Position numbers and translations under genes: made by a program. DNA of 50,092 nt from Klebsormidium nitens. Taxonomy: Eukaryota > Plantae > Klebsormidiophyceae. The notes beneath the pieces are model-generated. The model saw nothing but the letters and a program-made list of their open reading frames with translations, was not told the origin of the DNA and did no database searches. This document shows positions 34,897-47,200 of the stretch, piece by piece (the first letter of the stretch is position 1; each line of letters opens with the position of its first letter). The DNA lies in the NCBI GenBank assembly GCA_000708835.1, contig DF237593.1, positions 1 to 50,092 on the forward strand. Direction: 5' to 3'.

Positions 34897-37800
34897 ATGG
34901 GTACCAAGGCTCTCTTGAGTTTACTCACAAGCGAGCTGCCCTTGCAGTTTGAGCAGTACAAGGCAGGCAGCAAGCGTGTTGGCCTTGTCATCGTTGATGA
35001 AGTGAACGGTTTCGCAACTGTGGGCGCTGGGAGTTGCGTGAGTATCTAATCAAGCTGAATTGCATCATTGGACTGCAACGCCTCAACGTTCTCTTCAAAT
35101 GCTCAGAAGCATGCTGGCCCAGGATCTCTTTTGTCAACCTGTTTGCTGTTCTAGAACACAGAGCTGAGAGGCCAGGATTAAGTCTAACGGAAGAAAAGTC
35201 TTCCCCTCTGTGTAAAGGAAGAAAAAGTCTCCCTTTTGTGGGGAAGAAAAGTATCAAGCTGCTTCAATGGATGTAAAGAAGTTGAAAAGGCTGGTCACAT
35301 TTGGTTCATATGCAAAATGTTTGATGAGCTTTGTCTTGCACCAAGCTTATGAAGACCACTGTGGCTGTATTATTTCTCCTTATGCATGTAGGTTGCGAAT
35401 CCGTGCTGTATCAGCTTGCACCCCTTTTGCATCAGATCTTTCTGGGCTTATAGAGTGAATGGGACCGATTTGACATTTTGGACCTACTCAGACCATTTTC
35501 TTAATGCTGTTAAGATCCTTCTGTTTCGGAACAAGCACCGGTGAATTCTAAAGCACTTCGTTGAGTGAGCAGGTTATTTGGAGACAGCCATCGTATGTGC
35601 TGCTCTTGAAAGAGTTAAGGAACTGGTCTAACCAATCAGCTGGATGTCTAACCTGCTTAGTCTCTGCTACTCTGCACAGTGACCTAAGATCCAAGAACAC
35701 TGAAGGCTGCATCATACCCTGCAGAACACAGTGTAAAGGCAATGGCATCACAGACTACGCCATACAAACAGTCCATAAGCTTTCGACCACTCAGATTTTC
35801 CCTCTATCTTCTGCCAGGCACCCCTCCGACTCAGCCCCCAGATTGACAAAATGATTGACGAGACGGACCGGCTAGCGCGGCACTTCCTCGATCGAGGTTG
35901 GCCCGTTTTGGCGTTCATGGACCGGCACGAAGTTGGGGTGCTTGAGCCCCCTTGGCCGCGGCACTGCGAGAGGGGCAGCGGTGAGGAGGAGTTTGTGCCG
36001 GTGGGTTTTGATTCGTCTAGATCAACCAGTGCTTGTTGAAGTCTAAGTTAAGAGGGTGCTTTGAGCGAACCAGACAGAATTGCATGCCTGCAGTCAGCCA
36101 GTCCTCTTTTCTTGCGGTGTTGAAGCTGTTTAGGCTTCTGAGGTTTCTTGTCTTTTGGACTATCAGGGTTCTGGGCGGATTTCTTCAGGATACAAGTTCT
36201 CAAAGGCGTTGCCGCGTCGGCAATCACATTCATGCAATGTAAAGCCCTACGTCTTCCGACAAGCACACCGCATCCGAAGTGATTCCCGTTGCCGTTTATG
36301 CGATTGGTGTAGTCTCGTGTATCTGGTATCTCTTACGCGGTGTCTTTGTCACCAGTACCATCTTGCTAGCGTTCACTCATATCATTCGTAGCGTGAGTGC
36401 TGACCAGCGGGCCACGAAAATTGAATGCGTCAATTCAAATTTTGCTCGACTGTTTCTTACTGTTTCCTAGTAATATCTTGGTGAAGACCAACGAAAAATG
36501 CTTTCTTGCCCAATTCCAAGGCTCAAAAGCACTGGGGTGCATCGAGCCAAAAGCCTTAGCGTCCTTCGAACTTCCACCCCGTCATCAAATGGCTAATCAC
36601 GTCAGAAGGAACGCAGGAACCAGTTGCCGGATCTGGAGATGCGTAAGCGGCTCCCGTGCAGGCTGTGAAACACCAGCGGACGAGCAGATATTCTGGTTAA
36701 CGCGGACTCTGATTTGCGGTGTCCATACTGTGTGCAGCGTTTGAGATGGTTGGACAATACGAAGTGCGCGAAGATCTACAAGAACTGTGCAGACGGGTTC
36801 TTGGGAGCGTTCCGAAAGGACGGGTCGAACGACTTTGCGAAGTGGGTCAAGGAAAATGCCGTCGAGCACGTGAGTTCGCCTGCCAGTCTCGCTACTCGGT
36901 TAGCGTGGATCGCTCTAACGGGAAAACCAATATGTTTTTCAGAGAACCCGAAACGCTCTTTCAGGCTTCAGAAGGTCAGGATGGTCGTGACACTGTTGCA
37001 TTGGAGCGTTTGTGGCGCAGCGTTTGTGTTTCAAGTCCTGGTCAGAGTACTGGCGATACATCTTCCTTGTTTTTGACATTAAAGTGAGTCTTTCAGACCG
37101 GCGGACACTTACAGTCCTTTTTCTAACCAGACCTTTCTCCTACTTAAACTTCCAGATTTCGATTTCGTGATTCCGTATTGTTCAATCTGGTTTACTGCCT
37201 CGCTCACATTTCTTGGCCGTCAGTCATTCAGAGTCTACGAGTGACTCAGGTTCAATGGAAGCATCATGATCTGGTACGATGGGTATCAGATCAAGGGTCA
37301 CCCGCTTCTGGAATGCGTCAAATTTGTTCCGATCCCGCTCGACTTTTTAGAAGCCAAGTGAAAGCGCCTTTTATCCACCGAGAAGCGTTCCTTCTCGAGC
37401 CCCATCGTCTTGATAAGCAAGAAACGTTGTCAAGAAATCTGTCAGTTTCCACATCGAGTCTTCTCTTCCTTCATCTTTCACCCGTCCCCACTGCCACTTC
37501 CGTATGTTTTCTCGCCGCGCTTCTACCTTCGCCCCTCGTCAGCCTTCCTGTTTACCCCCGTCTCCTATATCCTCCCCTCGATCTGCATGACCAAACACTT
37601 GCGCCGTTTTCACCTTAATGCGATGACAAGGGCAGTCGAGAATCTTCGCTTTATGCAGACTCCTTTTCTACTGTGCTTTCTTCGTCTGCTCACCTTAAAG
37701 CCTTTCGCAAAGAAGTCAACCACCTACTCGGGCGCGGACCTGCGCGCGGGTTTTTCCGTGCTTGGTTTTCCTGTTTCCGTCCACTTCTTCTTCAGCTAGC

Positions 37801-40408
37801 CCGACGGGCAAGCTGTAACGTCAACACTGAGATCCACCGACGTCCCAGAGGCCTGCATGCTGATTAACGGACTCGTCCTAAGTCTTTTTCTCACCCGCCG
37901 GCGCAGATTCTGGTTGTGGGCACGTGCACTGACGTCTGCGTGCTCGACTTTGTCGTCAGCGCCCTCTCCGCCCGCAATCACGGCATGGTGCCCCCCCTCT
38001 CCGAAGTGTTCGTTTACACCGAAGGTTGCGCCACTTCGGACCTGACCCGGGAAGAAGCAGAGAAAGAGGGGACTACTCCTCATCCCCAGGTGCGCGGACC
38101 CGTATGTGGAATGGGGCTCGTGCAGATTCTGGCAGGGTAACGTTCTTAGCAGCAATGAGCCACCACGATCTGTGGGCAATCTTCGAGCATCCCTGCTTTG
38201 GGATCGCCTTTCGTTAGAGTTGCAGGGTTGCACTGAACCGCAAATGTCGAGTGGTTTGCGGTCGTTCCTATCCCCCTGCTCACGTGTCAAAGTATTCGGG
38301 TTCTTCCAAGTCAAAGCACATAACTGTGACATGTCCATAGATCTGCATAGCTTGTAAAACGAACAGAATTTAGATTCGACGTACTTGCCGGCTCACGGCA
38401 TCGGGTAATGACCTCCGTCAGTGTCCGACGAGCGACCATTTGCTGAGGTCCTCTGTTCTTGGCCATACGATTGTCGTACTTTGACGGTAAAGTATGAAAC
38501 TTGAGACGCTCCTCGCTCCTTGCAGGGGCCGACGCATCACATTGGGCTGTACGTGATGTTGATTAGGGGAGCTAAGCTGGTCAACGCAGTCCGATTTGAG
38601 GACATGATCAGTGCATTCCGCCAGGTGAGTAGATGGTCCGCTTTCAAATGGTTACCGTGCTTCTAATCAGCTGGCGTGCAAGTTGCTAAGCACGCCACGA
38701 ATTCAGCAGTCGATCGTCACCTTGGATCTCGACCGAGTTAACATTTGCGCCAAAAGCTAGACCTGGGTCCCGATAAAGACCACCAATCTGCTTTAGGAGC
38801 GCCTCGAGTAAATTGGTACCTCAACGCTTCCAAACCAACATGCAATTGACAGATGTTGGAAACCGTCCCATGGAGGAACGCCCTGACTATCGATTGTGGA
38901 CTTATTCATTCCTTGACCAATAGAGTTCCATGTAGTGGTCGGCTACAACAATGGACCGTAGGCTCGTGAATATCGGACCGTGTCTAGTTTTTGGCAAACC
39001 GTCTGAGTCTGAGCGTATAGCAAGGTTCTAGCTAGATGCCAGGTACCTCCAACGTTCTAGAACGGATGCCCTACTAAGTTGTCGGACCGCAAGTCGTCCA
39101 GCTGGGCGCTACTTGGATCTTGCAACTCTCCAATTGCAGATGGGGCAAAGCTGGGAAGAGAGGATTCGGATCAATGATTGACCCGCGGGCTGCATAAGTA
39201 ACTTGACATTATGTATATATGCGACAATCATGTTCGGGCAACTGCTAGCGCCATGTGATGTGTACATGAGGCTATTCCTTCCAAAATGTCACCGGGCCTG
39301 CTCTCCGCAGGAAATGCGGGAGGGCATACGGGGGATGGAGGAGGATGATGATGACTCACAGCGTGTGACGCGCCTGAGCCTGGATGATGGCGGGGCTCTT
39401 CCGAAGCAGGTAAGCGTTGCAGGTTTTGAGTAGTAAATGAGACAGCGAGAAGCACGTCCCTTGAGGGGCCTACAATCAGGCTGCTCATGACGCGTCGTTC
39501 TTCATGATGTCGGGTTCAAGCGCGCACACTCTTCTTCAGGAAGTACTTTGTCCTCTCAGCGCTGGTGCCTACCGACACTCGGCCCCTTGCGTTTTGTTGC
39601 CACTGCTGGTTAGTCGCACCTGGTGCATCCAGGCAGTCTGAAGAGGCAGGCCCAAGCACTTCTCTCTTTGGACAGGCATCCGGTGCGCCGCAGGAGGACG
39701 TCCAGAAAGCTGCGCTGGCTGCAATAGAAGGTGTCTGGAACCAGCTGAAGCACGCGGACAGTACCATGCGCCGCATCCATGAGACACAGGACGTGTCGGA
39801 GGGCTACCGCCATTACCTGGACGTCATGAAAGAGCCCGGAGGCCAGACTTTCGACTACGAGGTAGCTTCCTTCGTCAACCACACCTTCCCTCGACTTGGA
39901 ATGTCAGTCAGCCACAGGGAGCGAGTTGTACTGCTTGTTGTGCCGTCCAACTGCACAGGGTGGTTGTCCTTGTTGTGCTCATAGGGCGCATGGCTCGCCC
40001 TATCCTGACTAACCACATTCTGGTTGTCTGTTGGTTGAAGCTGTCCCAACGATCGCAAGCAGCTCAAGTTGTGCTCTTGCTCCTGCAGGATGCGCCCCCT
40101 GAGGAGTTCAAGAAGAGGCTGAACATCTTTGCCGGCTGGATTCCGTTCCTGGTTGAACAGCTTAAGGACGACAAGATCAAGGTAAGGTGTCAAAGCTGCG
40201 GTAGGATGGATCAAAGAAGATCATTGCTTCACTTCTTCTGATGGTCGCACCGCAGCATGTTCTGTGGTTCACTGATCGATCTTAAAGTTGCGTTTGTTTA
40301 CTGACATGATTGCTGCCTTCCATGCAGTTCCTTGGAGCGCCTCCGTTCATGGACTACTGTGGTGACTACGACATATGCTGTTTCAGTCAGGAGGAACATG
40401 CTCATTGA
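34897..40408 (+). CDS. NIC1: Plant-type nicotinamidase (isochorismatase fold) with putative C-terminal extension; core exons 34897-35037, 35818-36000, 36738-36869, 37907-38089, 38526-38624; extension exons 39311-39409, 39676-39861, 40089-40181, 40328-40408
   Basis: GLVIVDEVNGFATVGAG (catalytic Asp), WPVLAFMDRH...EPPWPRHC (metal ligands), YKNCADGFLG (Lys), VVGTCTDVCVLDFVVSALSARNHG (Cys) and HHIGLYVMLIRGAKLV closely parallel Arabidopsis NIC1. The core is very secure; joining of the last four exons is inferred from phase-0 GT-AG sites. Confidence 0.88.
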
Positions 40409-42242
40409 GGACCAACAGAAGCAAGACAATCGATGGTGAATGTCAAGGAATCTTAGCTGAGGGCGTCTTTTTATGCTGTACATAAACCACAGAAAGAGGG
40501 AAGGAGTTCAGTGGTTTTTTTCTAAAAGACTGCGGCATGAATACAAACAAGGATTGCGGGCCTAACTTTTCCTTGCAAATTTTTTGATCAAAGAGCAAAC
40601 ATAAGCGGTCTGTACACAAAGGTTGTGTCCAATAAAACCGGTCTGTACAGCAACTTCAGCTGGAATAAATGACATGCTGAGTATCTTTCAAGTTTGTTTC
40701 GCTAGGTATGGTAAAAGCGTCACTCAATATCCCCGCTGTACCATGTATGTGCAAGTACATGGAGTGCTTTTGTGCATGCCAAATTCCATTCTTTGCCATG
40801 TACGGTATTCAAGCTCATGGCACAGTATAATTGGATCTGCATATGAAGATATTGAGCTTTAACGTCCACTTGTGTCCTCCGCACCACGTCCGGCCAACGT
40901 ATATAGAATGTGCTCATGGGTGAAAGGCCTCTTGCACCGCGACAACTTATGCAGAAGGCCCATACTCTGCGCATGAAATAGCGTGGTGGGAAGGATTTGA
41001 AGAGCAGTGATAACCATAGCACCATAGAGCCAACATGATGCAGCTATGTGACGCTTGCGAGCCCGAGTCAATGGAATTACGTTGTGAGACACTAGCAGCT
41101 GCGGAGTTGATCTTCGACATCATGTTGCCAGTGCAATAGACTCTTGACGTAATTGTGCCCCAGTGCGTCTAGCCCAAGCGCTTTTGCATATGCCATTGTT
41201 ATTAAGGGCAGCCCGCGTGCCAATGATGCAGCGTTACACGCCTTTGTGCTTTGCATGGCAGCGCCTTTCAGAGTGGGAAGAGCGTCTTCAAACAATTTGT
41301 TCGAAAGACCGCGTCAGGTGGGTGACGTGAACGCACTGTGGCATCTCTGCCTGTATGAAAGGGGCACGCAACCGGTAGGTAGCTGGAGAGGTCCAGGTGC
41401 CTATTGGAGGTGTATGGATACTTCTCTTAAAGCCCGTGCGTATCAAAGGCATGGGGCGGTGTGCGGGTACAAGGGCATGGCGTAGTCCAAGTTCGAAACT
41501 TCTGACATGGTTTCTTTCGGTATAGCCCAGAGGGCGAAGAAATAGTGTACATGTGGTTGGACGGATTTATCTACGGGTCCTCACCTAACGATCAAGCGTT
41601 CGATTCCTAGCAACAGCACCAACGTCAATTCATTGAACTATCGCCTATCAACTTTTTTAAGACCGTGCATGTTCAATGTATATATGAAGTTCTATTGCTA
41701 AGAATCTGCACTAATCGCGTCAACGGGAGGGGAGGAAGAGGGCCTCCTGTACCCATGTACTATAGGGGGTGCTTCAGAAGAAGTCACAACCGGGCTGACT
41801 AAGTCAAAAGTACTGGCTCCCCCTCCGCTCGTGATCAGCGGGATTAACTAGGGAAGTTGACTACGGGCTAGGTCAGGGGCCGGCTGCTTGCTGAAGTCTT
41901 GGAGTGCTTGTTTTGCGCGCCACCAGTGCATTGAGGGGCTGTAAGACAAATACATAGAAACAAAACATGCATTCGATTGTGTGCGCATGTACTCTGTTAC
42001 AGCCAGACCATATATTGCACTGCTCATGACTCAGTTCTCACCACGCCTTGAGTCCGTTGCAAGAACCGTTAAAAACTCCTCGAGGGTCCATATTGGCTAT
42101 TTTCTTGGCCCGCCTTTTTCGGGGAGAAAAGGTATCCGTGCAACGGAAGGCATGATGTGAACCGCCTGTTGAGAGGTGTTCAATGGTTGACTCAGTTGAT
42201 TTGAAAAAGCGATTCATGTGTTCAGACCTCTGTATCTGTGTT

Positions 42243-43060
42243 TCAGATGTGCATAAGTTGCGTGCGAGTTGTGATTGCTGACAATAAGTAAGGTTGTAGT
42301 GCTTTGTCAATAATGGTCGGGATACGTTTGTCCCAGTGTGTTTCCGAGCGGCCAAGTAAATATGGAAGATATTCTGATGGAGTGAGAGAACAAAGATGTA
42401 ACCAGACAAGACGTGCATTTATTTTAGTAAGCTCAATTTCAATCGATGATTTTAACAGCGTTCGCGCTTCCGAGCCTGTGTAGGCGGTACAAGTTAAAAC
42501 GAAGTGTGTCTCATCTTCGATTTGTTCTTGTGTGCAACACGTGCAGATGCGAAGCGTCATGTACGTGGGGCCATGCGTGTTTTCGTGGTATGATGTGCGT
42601 GCTCGAAGCCCGAGAGATCTTGATCGAAGTGCAAATTTATGTCTGGAGTAAGTACGATCGCCACTTAAATATTGTTCGACTCCGTATTGTTGTTTGATGG
42701 CCATGTAAAACCTCCCAGTTGATTTTGCGGCTGCTGAGATTTGAAGCTTTTGCCAGTCAACGATGACAGCGCGTTTATACGTCATTCTCGACCAAGTATT
42801 TGTGGCGGATAGTCTTACCACGGCGTCGATATTGTTCCAGTAGTTTTCGAGCGAGAGGTAGTGAAGAGCCTGATATGCATAGTGACACCAGCTGGATGAA
42901 GTTGACGCAGTGTGCGGGTTACATCCGTAAACCCTAGCAACGTCGACTGCATTTGCACTACGGTAATCTATCGCAAAGCTCATGAAGGCCCAACGATGAA
43001 CATTATTATTATCTTTAATATGTTTAATGTATAAGACAAGAGCTAATTCACATGTGGACC
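42243..43060 (-). mobile_element. 3' fragment of a non-LTR retrotransposon (LINE) ORF2
   Basis: An open frame of about 270 aa containing SSWCHYAYQALHYLSLENYW and the typical LINE C-terminal zinc-knuckle-like motif RICTCCTQEQIEDETHFVLTCTAY. Stop at 42243. The RT core is not visible. Confidence 0.75.
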
Positions 43061-43131
43061 TATCGAAAGCTGTGCTTCTGCGAGAGTCCTCGGACGTCGG
43101 GTCTAGCCTTGTCGAAGAAGCGTCGTGTATC

Positions 43132-43821
43132 NNNNNNNNNNNNNNNNNNNNNNNNNNNNNNNNNNNNNNNNNNNNNNNNNNNNNNNNNNNNNNNNNNNNN
43201 NNNNNNNNNNNNNNNNNNNNNNNNNNNNNNNNNNNNNNNNNNNNNNNNNNNNNNNNNNNNNNNNNNNNNNNNNNNNNNNNNNNNNNNNNNNNNNNNNNNN
43301 NNNNNNNNNNNNNNNNNNNNNNNNNNNNNNNNNNNNNNNNNNNNNNNNNNNNNNNNNNNNNNNNNNNNNNNNNNNNNNNNNNNNNNNNNNNNNNNNNNNN
43401 NNNNNNNNNNNNNNNNNNNNNNNNNNNNNNNNNNNNNNNNNNNNNNNNNNNNNNNNNNNNNNNNNNNNNNNNNNNNNNNNNNNNNNNNNNNNNNNNNNNN
43501 NNNNNNNNNNNNNNNNNNNNNNNNNNNNNNNNNNNNNNNNNNNNNNNNNNNNNNNNNNNNNNNNNNNNNNNNNNNNNNNNNNNNNNNNNNNNNNNNNNNN
43601 NNNNNNNNNNNNNNNNNNNNNNNNNNNNNNNNNNNNNNNNNNNNNNNNNNNNNNNNNNNNNNNNNNNNNNNNNNNNNNNNNNNNNNNNNNNNNNNNNNNN
43701 NNNNNNNNNNNNNNNNNNNNNNNNNNNNNNNNNNNNNNNNNNNNNNNNNNNNNNNNNNNNNNNNNNNNNNNNNNNNNNNNNNNNNNNNNNNNNNNNNNNN
43801 NNNNNNNNNNNNNNNNNNNNN
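43132..43821. other. Assembly gap (690 N)
   Basis: Run of N between the LINE fragment and the gypsy leader. Confidence 1.
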
Positions 43822-44213
43822 GTGAACACCCTTGAAGTTACTCTAAAGTACAAGAAGTTACTACAGAGACTGCCGAAGAAACCCACGGTTCTTGTCGCGT
43901 TGTGTCAGGCGTGAGGGTTCGCCCCGACTTCCCGTGGGTAGGACGCAGGCTGGTCCCGTGACCCCGGGTTGACCCCGACACACCGTAGGCCGGGTTGTGC
44001 CTGTCTTGGCTTTAGTGGCAGATCAACCGGCTAGGTTGGGGACCCACAGTGCAAGGGGCTGCACTACCCATAACCCGATACCCGGTTGGATTTGTTCCCC
44101 GCCCTGGAGTCACGACGACACAACTTTAGACATTACGGAACCCAGGTTACGAGGCATCTAGTGAACAAGGCACCTCAAACGCACATACTACCGTGGACTT
44201 GAACCAAAGAACC

Positions 44214-47200
44214 ATGGATTCGCTCGCGGCTTTAAGCCATCTACAATTCCTCGAATACGATGGACGGAAGGACCCAAAGGATTGGCTCCGCGCCTTCAAC
44301 AAGTACGCTATTGCATGCGATTGGTCGAATGACAAACGACTGAACATGGCATTTGTCTGCCTCAAAGGCGAAGCTGACAAATGGTTGGAGTCCGAAGAGG
44401 ACACTGAACTATGGACTTGGGAGGAATTCTCCACCAAGCTTACTGAACGATTCTCGCGCTTGCGCTCCAAATTGAACATCATGCATGACTTCGAAAATCG
44501 CAAGCAGCGGAAAGACGAGTCTGCTCGAACTTTTCTCGTGGAACTACGGCACCTCGCATCAAAGCTCCCGGACAAAGTTTCCGACGATGCCCTCCTTTAC
44601 CGATTCATCAACGGGTTGAACCGACCCCTTCAGCAAAGGGTGCATCTGCGCATGCCGCAAACCTTGAAGGAGGCAGAAGAGGCGGCCGATTACTTCGAGG
44701 CAAATGAAGAGAAGTTTGCTAACAACTACACCGAGTCTGCGCGCCCCTTCAACGGACCACGGCGCTTCGATCGCCCAAAGCAGGAGGAACAAAAATCTGG
44801 CATCCCATCGCCGACACCATCCCGTCCTGCCCAGGCCGAGACACGTTCTCAGAACCCTCTCCAAGCTGCCGTTGACGACGTGACCAAAAGGTTAGGAGAC
44901 CTGCGCCTGCTCGCCCAAGGCAGTAACACTTCGGCTGGATCCGCCGGCACGGTCCGCCGCAACCCTCGAATCTGCTACAAATGCGGTAAAGAGGGACACA
45001 TCTCACGCGATTGCCGGGCGGATACTGCTGCCCTAACCGACACCCTCGACGAAGAAGAGGACTGGGCAGCTCGCTACGCTGCCAAACAGGCACAACTGGA
45101 GGCGGAGGAACACGTCAATGTCACGAGCATGGAGGCCTTCTCTGGCAACATGTACGACCCATACATGACCGACACGGCAGCGGCAATGAAGCGAACTCGC
45201 GGTCCAGACGACGAAGACGAGGGTCCCCGCACAAAGCGAACCCCGTTCCCGATGAACCTCCCCAGGCGCACCGACACGCCGATGCCCACAGCGCAGACTC
45301 CGGAAACACCCACTCGCCAGGAGCCACCGAACCCTGCTCCCACTTCGGCTGCCCAGCGCTACCGAGCGGCACAAAACCGTTCCAACATTCCCCGCACCAC
45401 TTATCAAGGAGGACAGCAGTACTCGATCGTGAACCAACTCGGTGCGACGACTGCTAAAATCGACTTCCGAACGCTCTTGGACATCTCACCGAAAGCTCGG
45501 AACGATCTCCTCCGCTATCTCACTGCTGCCGACTCCGGACAGACCGCCTCTCTCAGCGAGACGAACACGGTGGCTATGTCCAACTCGCTCCCAACCCGTT
45601 ACACGGTGGCACGCTGCAAGGTTGACATTTTCAACCAACCCGTCGAGGCCATCCTAGACAGTGGCGCCTCGGCCACCTTGATGGGACAGATGCTGGCCCG
45701 CAAACATGACCTGTTGGACATGCTGCAGCCACCCATATGCAGCTTCCGCACCTCCAGCGGCGACCGTGACGTACCCCTGGGCATTCTGCCCAAGTTTCCC
45801 ATCCGGGTTGGCGAATTCGACATCACGCTGGATGTACACGTTGTCCGAGCATCAAACTATGATCTCCTGCTCGGCAGCGACTTCTTCCATCAAGTCGGCG
45901 CGACTCTGAACTATGTGGACCGCTCCATGCGGTACCGCCTCGACCAGAACCATTACGCCTCAATCCCCATCGCTTTTGACACCTCCACAAGTGTCATGTA
46001 TGCTGAGGCGAGCCCGATGCTCCCCGAACCTGACATGGCAGAAGCCGAACCCCCGGCAGACATCCTACCAATCCAAGAGGAGGACGATACCGTCCCACCT
46101 CTCATCAGCGATGACTCCGATGACGAATCGTATTACGACTCCGAGTCGGACGACGATGAGGCGCCCCCGCCTTTGGTTGGTGAAGATTCGGACGACGACT
46201 ATTACTCTGATGATGAGGACTTTACCCCTCTTCCACAAGCCAACTCCAGCGAACATACCGAGTGCGACCCCGCAGACGACGATCTCCTCGACGAGGTCAC
46301 GGAAGAGTTTGCGGCAACACTCCAAGCCGATTACGCCACCTACAAATTGAACCATCCGCCTGTTCCACCCCCAGACCGCATTCGAACTTGCGGGGAGTGG
46401 AAGGCCTCCATTACGGCGGTCGTCAACTTTGACGAAATCATGGAGAACATTCGCTCCATCCGCCGCGGCGTTGACTTGACGGACGCCCAACGTGACAGCC
46501 TCTTCAAACTCCTCACGGACTTTGAGGGCTCCTTCCAATGGAAAGGCCGTAAGTTCGGCTTCACGGACCTCGTCAAGCACCACATCCGGACTGGCAACGC
46601 GCTCCCAGTCAAACAACGCGCTTACCGCCTCTCTCAAAGAGAGAAAAAGGTGATTGAACAAGCCATCGCGGAAATGCTCCCCGACGACATCATCGAACCC
46701 AGCAATGGCCCGTGGGCCAGCCCACCCATTATAACCGGCAAGAAAGATGGCGGCGACCGCTTTTGCGTTGATCTACGCGCTGTGAACAACCTTACGGAGA
46801 GGGACAGCTATCCTCTTCCTCGCATTGACGACTTGCTCGACACTATTGGCAAGGCATCATGGTTTTCCTCCATCGACCTCAAAAGTGGCTACTGGCAGAT
46901 TGCCTTGGCTGAGGAAGACCGCCCCAAGACAGCATTCATCACACCATGGGGGTTGTACCAATTCAAGGTCATGCCCTTTGGGCTCTGCAATGCGCCCAGT
47001 ACCTTTCAACGACTCATGGACGTCGTCCTTCGACCATACATCGGCAAATTCTGCGCCGTCTACCTGGACGACATTCTCATCTTCAGCAGCACGTACGAGG
47101 AACACCTTGAACACGTCCGCCTTGTCCTCGAGGCCCTCTCCGCTGCCAACCTTCGGATCCACCCAAAGAAGTCCAGCTTTGCACTTCGCGAGACCCTCTT

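Noticed and set aside
40720-41485. Fragmented minus-strand frames suggesting an old pseudogene
   Set aside because: No assignable motif.
43027-43914. ORFs spanning the second gap
   Set aside because: Almost entirely X; only the minus-strand LINE part below 43060 is real.
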